DNA of 63,715 bases, the filler included, from Octopus bimaculoides (Eukaryota): the NCBI RefSeq assembly GCF_001194135.2. It is 6 parts of 5 records of this genome, joined end to end, with 100 filler letters (N's around TTAATTAATTAA, not from the genome) between each part and the next. Parts side by side here need not be neighbours in the genome. Positions count along the whole stretch, not along the records: positions 1 to 22,556 come from NC_068983.1; 5 more parts are not named here. The stretch is one strand, 5' to 3'. This document shows, piece by piece, positions 1-10,560 of the stretch. Both the position numbers and the translations under genes were made by a program. The notes under the pieces are model-generated. The model saw only the letters and a program-made list of their open reading frames with translations. It made no database searches and was not told the origin of the DNA. How positions within the stretch are numbered: position 1 is the first letter of the stretch; every line of letters begins with the position of its first letter.

Positions 1-310
1 GTCGGTGGCTTTCAACAGGTTGTCCCGCAGAAATCTCCAATTGTCTTCCACGTTGTATGATGCTATATCCCCTTCTATTTCGTTAAATGCTTCAAGTAAC
101 TTGTCTCTAAGTCTCTGTCCATTTTCAGGGTCTTTAAGCTTCCACACCCTTCTCCTCCAAGCCGGTCTAATTCTGAGCTCCCATTTTGCCTTGATCCCAA
201 AGTCGCTAACTACTAATCTATGTTGTGGGGTACATTCTTCGCCAGGGTAGGTTTTGGCATTTATAAGCCGCCCTCTTTCCCTATTTCTGGCAAAAATCAA
301 CCTCGGCAGA
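1..310 (-). mobile_element. RTE-clade LINE ORF2 fragment (C-terminal end of APE endonuclease and linker), runs off window start
   Basis: Minus-strand manual translation FARNRERGRLINAKTYPGEECTPQHRLVVSDFGIKAKWELRIRPAWRRRVWKLKDPENGQRLRDKLLEAF...NWRFLRDNLLKATD matches the RTE motif 'xKxxPGEExxxQHRLxVxDF...xWKLK'. Confidence 0.8.
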
Positions 311-869
311 CAAACACAAAGAAAGAGTGGGAGAAAGTGAAGAATTAATCCTAGTAGTAGCAGTTTGGGTTTATTTAGACCAAATATATAAACACATGAA
401 TTCCCTACATTTTCTAAAAATATTGTTCGAAAAAGCAGCTGAGCAATTTTCAGTTGCATTTGATCTGGGAATGTTAATTTACTCAGAATTGTTACATTCA
501 AGCCATCCAGATGTTTCAACTTATTATCATGAAACTGTGTAAAAAATAAACGAAAAATATAACTCATTTTATAAAATATCTGTGAAATCATGCACTTTAA
601 AAAAAAAATATTGTACTCATTAATATAACTATAAATAATGAATTGTTCTTCTAATCAGTAACTTTCTCCAATATCTATTGCAATGCTTGGAGTATGCAAT
701 ATTCTTAGATTTTCAGTTAAGGGCTAAGAACAAATTTCAGAAAAAATGTCACAAAGACTATAAACTTCTCTTTGAAAAGTTGTACTCTTATGCAAAATTT
801 CAGCTACTATGTAGGTACAAAATGGTGGTCTACAACCAGGAACATACTTGCATTCACTTTTATAAATTA

Positions 870-912
870 CTAGCAGAGATACCCAGCATTGCTCGGGGTT
901 AAAATGGCATAG
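870..912 (-). mobile_element. Helitron-like 3' terminus (GC hairpin + CTAG)
   Basis: Plus strand reads a|CTAGcagagatacccagcattgctcggggttaaaatggcatag; on the minus strand this is an imperfect hairpin, an 8-nt spacer, CTAG, then T. A near-identical copy starts at 7277. Confidence 0.5.
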
Positions 913-920
913 TTTTTTAT

Positions 921-1130
921 TGTCTTACTTGTTTCGGTCATGTGACTGCGACCATGCTGGAGAACCGCTTTTAGTCGAAGAGCTCAACTCCAGGATTTAT
1001 TCTTTGTAAGCCTATCAATGTGTTTTGCCAAACAGCTAGGTTACAGGGATGTAAACACAGCAACATCAGTTGTCAAGCGATGGTGGGGGTACAAACACAC
1101 ACACACACACATATGTATATATGTATGTAT
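921..1130 (-). mobile_element. tRNA/CORE-type SINE (dominant family), 3' half plus internal CA/TA microsatellite
   Basis: 'cttacttgtttcggtcatgtgactgcgaccatgctggagaaccgc...gttgtcaagcgatggtggggg' matches the element seen repeatedly elsewhere in the window. Confidence 0.8.
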
Positions 1131-1131
1131 A

Positions 1132-1413
1132 TCTTAATATATTAAAGCTGAAGTTGTGTGTCTGTGTAAAGCCTTTTTAAAGGTGTATAGAAATCCAAAT
1201 TTTCCACTTTTTCGTAAAATCTTTTACATCAATGGAATTTTCTCGATGTGAACTTTCCAGTGCAGCAATTAGATTTTTTAAATTCCGTTTACTTTGTGTG
1301 ATTTAAGGGAGATTTGGCTGTTGTTTCTAGCAACTTTTATATTTCTTCCCTTCTACCTGTAACAGCGTTCTTATACACATATATCACGCGTTCAACATAA
1401 AATATAGAGAGTA

Positions 1414-1444
<31 letters not shown>

Positions 1445-2312
1445 AAGTGATACATACAAAGTCTTCTTTCTTCTTCCTCTCTCCCATTTAATAGTTTTCT
1501 TGTATCCCTCTACCTCTAACATATTTTTCATAACATAGAAACGTAAAAACACAGACAACCACACATACGTAATCTGTGACAACATACACATAAACACATA
1601 CACACATTAACATTATAGATATAAGATTTACGTTCTGTGTGTTTCTTATATAAACACGCACGCATTGCTATTTTATAACTGTCTTCCGTTCTCTCTTCCT
1701 CTCTTTCTCTCTCTTCTGTTCTCTATTCCTTTCTCCTCCTCTCTCGCTCTCTCAAACACATACACGTGCAAGTACACAATCATTCACTAAAATATAACTC
1801 ATGTTCGTCAATGTTTTGTAAATATACCACGATTTTCATTAGGGTGTTAGGGTTAAGGTTTTAGGGTCAGGGTTAGGGTTTTAGGGTTACGGTTAGGGTT
1901 AGGGTTACGATTAGGGTTAGTGTTACGGTTACGATTTTAGGGTCAGGTTTAGGGTTTTAGGGTTAGGGCAGCAACAGATCGCCAGCAATTGCTTCATCAC
2001 AAATTGCTGTCCTAGCTCCTGCTAAAAGGGATTACCCTGCTATGTATAATCAGGGCAGCGCAAAAAGTTGTTTTGCACAAGCATTTCTATAGCCAATTAG
2101 ACAGATGAAATTTACGTACACTTAATAATGTTACGCAAAACAGCCTTCAGACTTTCCCTATTAATTTCATCGTCTTTTGAATTATGAACAAATTTACATC
2201 ATAAGGATTTTTTCGTTGTAAGGCTTTCTTTTTTAGTTGATTTTCACCTAGCAAGACTTATTGTAGATGGCGTAATAAGTCACACCGGGACAAGGTCGGG
2301 TTATACTGCTAG
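1132..2312 (+). mobile_element. Putative non-autonomous Helitron-like element (TC...hairpin-CTAG at an A^T site), composite interior
   Basis: 5' end A|TCTTAATATATTAAAGCTGAAGTTGTGTGTCTG (1132); 3' end ccgggacaaggtcgggttatactgCTAG|T (2309-2312), resembling the termini at 870 and 7277. Whether both ends belong to one element is not proven. Confidence 0.45.
1839..1968 (+). repeat. Degenerate interstitial telomere-like (TTAGGG)n array
   Basis: About 20 units of TTAGGG and variants (TTACGG, TCAGGG, TTTTAGGG, TTACGA). Confidence 0.9.
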
Positions 2313-2477
2313 TATTATATATTCCATATTCTATATCCCACATTAATTTTNNNNNNNNNNNNNNNNNNNNNNNNNNNNNNNNNNNNNNNNNNNNNNNNNN
2401 NNNNNNNNNNNNNNNNNNNNNNNNNNNNNNNNNNNNNNNNNNNNNNNNNNNNNNNNNNNNNNNTATATATATATATG

Positions 2478-2768
2478 CATCATCATCATCATCGTTTAAC
2501 GTCCACTTTCCATGCTAGCATGGGTTGGACGATTTTGCTGAAGATTGGTGAACCCGATGGCTGCACCAGGCTCCAATCTGATCTGGTAGAGTTTCTACAG
2601 CTGGATGCCCTTCCTAATGCCAACCACTCCGAGAGTGTAGTGGGTGCTTTTACGTGTCACCGGCACGAGGGTCAGTCACGCGGTACTGGCAATGGCCACG
2701 CTCAAATTGGTGTTTTTTACATGCCACCTGCACAGGTGCCGGTCCAACGGCACTGGCAACGACCTCAC
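2478..2768 (-). mobile_element. RTE-type LINE/SINE 3' end with (GAT)n tail
   Basis: (CAT)n followed by 'cgtttaacgtccactttccatgctagcatgggttgg...ggatgcccttcctaatgccaacc'; the same family occurs on + at about 44655-44823 and 50160-50393. Confidence 0.7.
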
Positions 2769-2989
2769 TATATATATATCTCTCTTCCTCTCTTTCTCTC
2801 GTTGCTCACCTATTTTCTACTTCCTCCTCTTTTTTATCCCTCTACCACTCTTTCTCCTTACCCCTCGCTGGTCACATGTGTCCAGCTACTAATTCTTTTC
2901 TTCCTTGGCTATCGCTAAGCAAACATACAAACCTACTTCATCCCACTTCCTTCCAGTTCGTTGCTTCACAGCATTCAATATACACATAA

Positions 2990-3471
2990 TTTTTCACGTC
3001 TAGTCGTATAGCCTTTTCCGTTTGCTTTCCTGTCTTGTTTTCTGTCCGCCACTACATTCCTCCATGGTACAAATTTAATTTGTGGTCTGTGGGAAGAGCC
3101 ATTTTAACGATGCGTCCTGCCCTAACTCTTTGAAACGCCTGTCTTTGAATGGTGGCAGTTGATGAAGGAAAATGTTCTCTATGTGGCCTGTGTGTTTTCT
3201 GTACTCTGGTTATTATTATTTTTTTGTCTACGTTTTGTTTGCAACGTCCTGTACCCAGATGTGCACCTATATATACAGGTAGATGTAGGTATGCACATAC
3301 TTGTACGTATATATGCATATACTTATTTATTATTTGTTTTATATATATATATAAAACAAATAATAAATAAGTATATGCATATATACGTACAAGTATGTGC
3401 ATACCTACATCTACCTGTATATATAGGTGCACATCTGGGTACAGGACGTTGCAAACAAAACGTAGACAAAA
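2990..3471. repeat. Dispersed repeat (possibly Penelope-like terminal region) ending in a perfect 250-bp palindrome (3222-3471)
   Basis: A diverged copy lies at about 59990-60140 in the opposite orientation; the palindrome is centred between 3346 and 3347 and abuts an N gap. The Penelope assignment is tentative. Confidence 0.5.
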
Positions 3472-3611
3472 NNNNNNNNNNNNNNNNNNNNNNNNNNNNN
3501 NNNNNNNNNNNNNNNNNNNNNNNNNNNNNNNNNNNNNNNNNCTATATTATACACAGCTTTGGTTTTTTTATCACATTATGAAAAGTAAATCCTTATATAT
3601 ATATATATATA

Positions 3612-4725
3612 TTGGGTTGGCAACTAAGTTCCCACCATTTTTTTAAATGTAGATTTTTTTAAAAGGTTTAATAAAAAATAACAACTAATTAATCAATAAT
3701 GTATTCACCCTTGTTGTTTACAACTTCTGCCCAACGTTCAACAAGATTTTCAATACCTCATTGGTAGAAATCTTCCCAGTCATGCGTTTGAATGGCTTCT
3801 TTGGTCATATTGGCGATATGAGGGCAGGCATTGTCGTGCAGCAGAAGAACTCTATACTGCCAATTAGGTCTTTTCTCTTGAATAGCAATGTTGAGAGTCA
3901 TTCCATCTGTTGAACATACGAATGGCTGGTTCCGTTCAAGCAATTCGTATTGGATAATCCCTTCCCAGTCCCACCATACGCACAACATCGTTTTACATGG
4001 ATGAAGATCTTATTTCACGCGTGGTATCGCTTGTTTACTGAGGCTGAGCCATTCCCTACACTGCTTCATATTGATGTACAGGCACCATTTTTCGTCACCA
4101 GTAACGATTCAGTAAAGAAATCATTGCTTGTGTCCATGAGTTGAGCGGTGACGAACAAGCCAACCAGCGGAGATTGTGGCTTGTTGATTTTTGTTGTTGT
4201 CACTTAAAGCATGCGGAACCCATACTTATGAACCTTTCCCATAGAGTGAAGATGTTTCTGTATAACAGTGTGAGAGCATTCCATTTTCTCTGCAGTTCCC
4301 TTGTTGTTTGACGAGAATTTTCATGCAAAAGTTGGTTTAATCGCTCTTCTTCGAACTCAACTGGACGGCCAGAACGAGGTGAGTCTTTGAGGTCAAAATT
4401 TCCATTTTTTTAACTTGGCATATCAATCATGAGTGGTTCTTTCAGCTATGGCAGCCTCCCCATACACAGCACAAATGTTGCAAGCAGCTTTTGCGTCCTT
4501 AGAACATTGATTAAAAGCAAAAAGGAGGTGTCAAAAATGCTCGACATTCCATTTTAATGATCTGAAAATAAACAAAATTTAACTAAAATCAACTAGAAAA
4601 AAGAAACGAAATAGATTCGAAAATGGTTCAAAAATAGAATTCTCGAAAAATATAGATTCCAAAATTTAAAAACACAATAAATTCCAAAATTTTTAAAAAT
4701 GGCGGGAACTTAGTTGCCAACCCAA
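3612..4725 (-). mobile_element. Mariner (Tc1/mariner, mellifera-like ITR) transposon, internally deleted; transposase pseudogene at about 4552-3689
   Basis: ITRs TTGGGTTGGCAACTAAGTTCCC(A/G)CCATTTTT at both ends, each flanked by TA within (TA)n. Minus-strand remnants include MLCVWWDWEGIIQYELL, VLLLHDNACPH and GIENLVERWAEVVNNKGEYIID*. There are frameshifts and stops, and the HPPYSPDLAPSD region is missing. Confidence 0.95.
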
Positions 4726-6197
4726 TATATATANNNNNNNNNNNNNNNNNNNNNNNNNNNNNNNNNNNNNNNNNNNNNNNNNNNNNNNNNNNNNNNNNNN
4801 NNNNNNNNNNNNNNNNNNNNNNNNNNNNNNNNNNNNNNNNNNNNNNNNNNNNNNNNNNNNNNNNNNNNNNNNNNNNNNNNNNNNNNNNNNNNNNNNNNNN
4901 NNNNNNNNNNNNNNNNNNNNNNNNNNNNNNNNNNNNNNNNNNNNNNNNNNNNNNNNNNNNNNNNNNNNNNNNNNNNNNNNNNNNNNNNNNNNNNNNNNNN
5001 NNNNNNNNNNNNNNNNNNNNNNNNNNNNNNNNNNNNNNNNNNNNNNNNNNNNNNNNNNNNNNNNNNNNNNNNNNNNNNNNNNNNNNNNNNNNNNNNNNNN
5101 NNNNNNNNNNNNNNNNNNNNNNNNNNNNNNNNNNNNNNNNNNNNNNNNNNNNNNNNNNNNNNNNNNNNNNNNNNNNNNNNNNNNNNNNNNNNNNNNNNNN
5201 NNNNNNNNNNNNNNNNNNNNNNNNNNNNNNNNNNNNNNNNNNNNNNNNNNNNNNNNNNNNNNNNNNNNNNNNNNNNNNNNNNNNNNNNNNNNNNNNNNNN
5301 NNNNNNNNNNNNNNNNNNNNNNNNNNNNNNNNNNNNNNNNNNNNNNNNNNNNNNNNNNNNNNNNNNNNNNNNNNNNNNNNNNNNNNNNNNNNNNNNNNNN
5401 NNNNNNNNNNNNNNNNNNNNNNNNNNNNNNNNNNNNNNNNNNNNNNNNNNNNNNNNNNNNNNNNNNNNNNNNNNNNNNNNNNNNNNNNNNNNNNNNNNNN
5501 NNNNNNNNNNNNNNNNNNNNNNNNNNNNNNNNNNNNNNNNNNNNNNNNNNNNNNNNNNNNNNNNNNNNNNNNNNNNNNNNNNNNNNNNNNNNNNNNNNNN
5601 NNNNNNNNNNNNNNNNNNNNNNNNNNTATATATATAGCAATAAGAAAATGGAGGGGAATATGTGGTACTCATCAACTTGCAGACATTGTATTATGTCAAT
5701 TTACCAGTTTATGCATACGAGCAGTCTTATAGTATTGCTGTGTTATTGCTTTGTCACTTTACTCCTTATTATAGTGTGGTCGTGTATGTGTGTATACATA
5801 CACACGGATATTTGTTTATATCCGAATATGAACTTGATAATTTATTTAGTGTTTGTATTATTTATATACACTCCATTTATATAAGTATATACAGGCATGT
5901 GAGTATGTATGTGTGTATGTGTGTATGTATGTGTGTATGTGTGTATGTATGTGTGCGCGTATATAAATATATAAGCGCACATGTATGTGTATATGTATGT
6001 ATATATATACTCATGCCTAATTCATTTGACCGGTTAATGGTTGTCCAACCGTAGCTAAGCCAAGACAGTTGAGGGGACTGAACAGCAAAAATTATCCCTC
6101 CCCATTACCAACAGGATTCTAACTTATCCATAGGCAGAAAATAACGGAGTATCTCATCGCAGGTTATAGAAGTCTGGACATTATTATTATTATTATT

Positions 6198-6425
6198 GAG
6201 TGAGAGAGCAGTGCATGCCATCAAAGTGACACTGGGGTAAAATATACGAAGCCAGTATACTCATCATGACTACCCGTCTGATAAGGGTACACCAGGCACA
6301 TGCATCACAACCATATGTGCGCGATATGGTGATCTCATATCAAGATAAACAGCGCATGACCTCGCATGTGGGGGCCTAGTTAGAATTTTCTTCAGGTCGA
6401 GTAGCCCATTCCGCTCAAAAGGTCC
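6198..6425 (-). mobile_element. 5'-truncated non-LTR retroelement 3' end embedded in (TAA)n (Dong/R4-like target)
   Basis: A unique 228-bp segment flanked directly by (TTA)n on both sides (6181-6197 and 6426-6494); the minus strand ends ...gcactgctctctcactc-(AAT)n. Clade assignment is inferred only from the target. Confidence 0.55.
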
Positions 6426-6494
<69 letters not shown>

Positions 6495-7276
6495 CATAAT
6501 GCTCATGAAATATCCTTTTATATAAATTCCTCCATCATAAACAGGACTGCTGGAAATATAGCGATAGGAACCAATGCTCTGGTCCTCCTTTCCAAACGCA
6601 ACTAAAGCTGTAAGACATTATCCCTTCTTCGGTCACTAGATGTCCTTTTTAATTTTAATTACTGATATGACACAATATGTCATATGCGTTTGTATATTGT
6701 TTTTATTGTCCTCTTAGTTGAAAAATAAACTGGTAAATTGACATAATACAATGTCTGCAAGTTGATGAGTACAACATATTCCCTTCCATTTTCTTATTGC
6801 TATATAAATTAAGGGTAAAATTACCTTTTACCCGCACCCATTTATTGCACTTGGTAAAAACACTAGTGTAATAGTTATTGGGTATCCTTCCGGCAGTATA
6901 TTGAATAGATATTATCCCTTAGTGGGTTGGNNNNNNNNNNNNNNNNNNNNNNNNNNNNNNNNNNNNNNNNNNNNNNNNNNNNNNNNNNNNNNNNNNNNNN
7001 NNNNNNNNNNNNNNNNNNNNNNNNNNNNNNNNNNNNNNNNNNNNNNNNNNNNNNNNNNNNNNNNNNNNNNNNNNNNNNNNNNNNNNNNNNNNNNNNNNNN
7101 NNNNNNNNNNNNNNNNNNNNNNNNNNNNNNNNNNNNNNNNNNNNNNNNNNNNNNNNNNNNNNNNNNNNNNNNNNNNNNNNNNNNNNNNNNNNNNNNNNNN
7201 NNNNNNNNNNNNNNNNNNNNNNNNNNNNNNNNNNNNNNNNNNNNNNNNTATATATATACGAATGTATATATATAAA

Positions 7277-8052
7277 CTAGCAGAGACACCCGGCGTTGCT
7301 CGGGATTAAAATGACATAGTTTGTATATAATATATTACAGTTATGTTGAAACAGGTGATATGGGAAAGTGCAGCATTGACAACAAAACATTTGTGGAGTA
7401 AATGATGGGCTAATTCAACTAAGCAACATGCTATGCATCCGTTTGGAGCATTCTAGACCCAAACCTGAGGGGGTTATGTGATTTTTGAATGCACCGAAAA
7501 GCTGTCAGTGGATATACTCTCTTAGCTTATTTCATATATGTTATTTAAGTTATGTTTCTTAGTCTTATTATTTAAAATTTATAATTACTTAGAATTTAAA
7601 GTTCATTAAAATGTTCATTAAAATGTTTTACAATATAGCTAATTGTTTTATTATGATGTAAGTTATATAAAGTTTAAATCTTTCATTCATGATTTTATAA
7701 ATAATTCTTTCTTTCATGTTTTTATATCTCTTTATTCTATTCTTAACGTAATATCTTCACATGACCTCTTTCTAATAAACGCTCTAGTTCTGAGTTTAAC
7801 GTCTAAATTTTAGTTTAAACTGCAGCAGCGTAGCGATAAGTATCGTTTTACCTTTGTTAAATGACTTTATATCATTGTTTGAAAAAAATATGTATTTTTA
7901 TATTAATTCAATTAATTTTTAATGATAATTTAGTCAATACCTTTTTTAACACTAAATTAATTAGTAGTAAGTTTATCATCTTAGCCTAAACTAAGACTTC
8001 CAATATTTTGTATGAATTGGCTGATCAATTCCCTATGGTTAGGGGCGGTTTA
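7277..8052 (-). mobile_element. Helitron-like element, 3' terminus at 7277; 5' end not seen (possibly in gap 8053-8152)
   Basis: a|CTAGcagagacacccggcgttgctcgggattaaaatgacatag: hairpin + CTAG with an A/T target. Extent to the right is uncertain. Confidence 0.45.
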
Positions 8053-8152
8053 NNNNNNNNNNNNNNNNNNNNNNNNNNNNNNNNNNNNNNNNNNNNNNNN
8101 NNNNNNNNNNNNNNNNNNNNNNNNNNNNNNNNNNNNNNNNNNNNNNNNNNNN

Positions 8153-8195
<43 letters not shown>

Positions 8196-8332
8196 GCATC
8201 TTGCACTGAATATACAATATGAAGTTCTTATCCACTCCTTTCCTACATATCAAGCTAGCCACTTTTGAGATTACATGCACCTTCTATGTTTATAAGTTTA
8301 TACACTCATTATTTGTTTCTTATTTTTACCAG

Positions 8333-8449
8333 GTCTTCTTTGACATAAAGATTGGTGATAAGCGTGCTGGTCGTATTGTGATTGGACTGTTTGGCAAGAC
8401 TGTTCCTAAAACTGTCAAAAATTTCAAAACTTTAGCTGAAGGAAGTATG
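8333..8449 (+). CDS. PPIB: Peptidyl-prolyl cis-trans isomerase B (cyclophilin B), exon 2
   Basis: tttttaccag|[39 protein letters not shown]|gtaata; 117 nt, phase 0-0. [11 protein letters not shown] is characteristic of PPIB/PPIC. Confidence 0.93.
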
Positions 8450-9444
8450 GTAATATTATATTTCTGAGTTTTAATCATTAAACATTTAAAAATTTGAATG
8501 CTGAGACCACACACACACATGATCCACATTGCTATCTAGTAAATATTTTGATATTGCCAACCCAAGAGAATAATCAGATGGTAACGGTGGACAGATGATT
8601 TAGCCAGAAGATTGGTGTACTGTATGCAAATGCCATTTTTTATACCACATTTCTGAAAGTGGAGGACTTAGGAAAGTAGGTCACAGTAGATCTGGCTCTA
8701 CAGAAAATACAGTGGTGATCGCAGTAGGAGACTCACGGTGTTAGAGAAGGTGACTCATAACTGCTTCGGTCACTTTTGAAATGTTGGAAATAGAGATTTT
8801 TCTTTTTTGTCAAAATATTTAAGAGCTGGCTGATGCTTTTATGTAACTTTTGTAATTGTATTTAAGAACAACTTTATCTCTGCTCATTCAACTTTCATGT
8901 CCTGCTGAGAGAATGTCAAGTGTTGTGGACAGTTGTACATCTAGAATATTAAATAAACTGGAAAGAAAATTGTCAATGCAATACCTTAATTTGAATATTG
9001 TGCATTTGCTGCATTATATGAAATCATGAATTGAAACATTGTGGATTAACTCATTTGGAAATCTGAACATGTGATAAGTAAACACCAATTGAGATACAAC
9101 TAGTGTTGATTCTTAGCTCACATAATGAACCAATATTATTGCTTGGTAAATCAGTTTTCTTTTTGGTTCACTTGCTGAGAAATTGATATAGTGCTGTGAA
9201 TAAGGAAGCGTCTAATTCTTCTATTTCATCTAGTCAGACTTAGTAAAAGTATGTTTATATGCAAACACAATGTCAACAGAATACTACTATATAGCATATT
9301 TCAGCTCTTTTATCAGGCAATCTTATAAATATGATACAATAAGTTTTTGCTTAGCTGTAAACCAATTGATGTGAATGATATTAACTTGGTTGTTATCTAT
9401 CTTTTTGCAATAAGTTAACTTGAATGCTTTTAATTTCTTTTCAG

Positions 9445-9550
9445 ACCAAAGGTGATAAACCATTAACATATAAGGGAAGTTCTTTTCATCGTGTCATTCC
9501 TGCATTTATGATCCAAGGTGGTGACTTCACGAGAGGTGATGGAACTGGAG
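9445..9550 (+). CDS. PPIB: Cyclophilin B exon 3
   Basis: ttcttttcag|[35 protein letters not shown]-g|gtaatt; 106 nt; carries the catalytic Arg motif FHRVI and QGGDF. Confidence 0.95.
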
Positions 9551-9989
9551 GTAATTATTTTCTGTTGCACAGTTAGAGAAAAACCTGGAAAAAAAAAAGC
9601 AGGTAGCTAACAGAAAATCTAAAAAGGGTTTACTAATGTTCTGTAATGAGGATCTGAGGCATGATGTGTTTTGGATTGCTAAGCAGTATATTGGTATAAA
9701 TCAGGATGCCTTTGGAGTGAAGGGTGTGGAGTAACAGCAGCATACTGGTCTTCACTGACGTCAAAAAGAGGCATGAAAATGCTAATGCTACTGAGGGGAT
9801 GTTAAGAAATGAAGAGTGCAAATTAGACTCTCCAGAGGGATCAATCAGCAACTGCAGTTGATGACTAAACAATGGAAAGAAAATTATCTGGTGAAATAGA
9901 ACATCCTATTTAGTTAAACTGCAATGAATTAGGAAGATGTTTAGTTTAGATGAGAGTTTGAGTTTGTACTAGGATGGAGCTCCAGTGCT

Positions 9990-10560
9990 ACCATTCCTTG
10001 AAGTGGATAAGGCTTTCCACAGGGTACTCTTTGATCTGGTGTCATAAAGAAAGCTAAGAGATGAATTGCTTTTGAGAAACATTCTAACCATGCACTGAGA
10101 TGATGTACACAAGGTGAGTATTAACATGAATTCAGGAAGGAATTTAGAGTTCAACTGCATGTTGGAAGGCCTTAGCTCTCAGCACACTCTTGTCTATTAT
10201 AGTTTTACAGACAACAGCAGAGGATCTTAAAACTGGCTGATTGTGAATCTTCTAGCTGAATCTATGTAAGAATGAGAGAAATTCCATTTGTGGAAGGGAA
10301 GTTTAGAACTGAGTGGCTTGAAAGCAATGACAAAAATTGCAGTTGGAAGACCTGACTCTAGAATCTGGGAGGTTGCCACACTCAGTAGGAGTAAGAAGGA
10401 ATTCTGTACTGTGTACCCCATATAAACTACAGGTTCACAACATCATAAGTTGGTTTATAAAGACAGTCAGGTTCCCAAAATATAGTTGACAGCTGTTTCC
10501 TAGGTGGCCAAGTCAGTAGTGATGGGGACTTTTCTAAAAGCAAACTACCCAGAATAAGGA
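9990..10560 (+). mobile_element. Heavily decayed RTE LINE reverse-transcriptase fragment in PPIB intron 3
   Basis: Remnants readable across frames: DKAFHRV, LIW..RKL, EFRVQ, LS.LL.IIVLQ, WKG.LE..GLK, NSVLCT..KL.VH. Confidence 0.6.

Noticed and set aside
1839-1968. True chromosome end or fusion scar
   Set aside because: The array is short, degenerate and unidirectional, with no head-to-head TTAGGG/CCCTAA junction, and is embedded in repeat-like sequence.
8219-8332. [12 protein letters not shown]... as the PPIB N-terminus
   Set aside because: It reads through a clear polypyrimidine tract and AG at the conserved exon 2 boundary and is a poor signal peptide; treated as intron.
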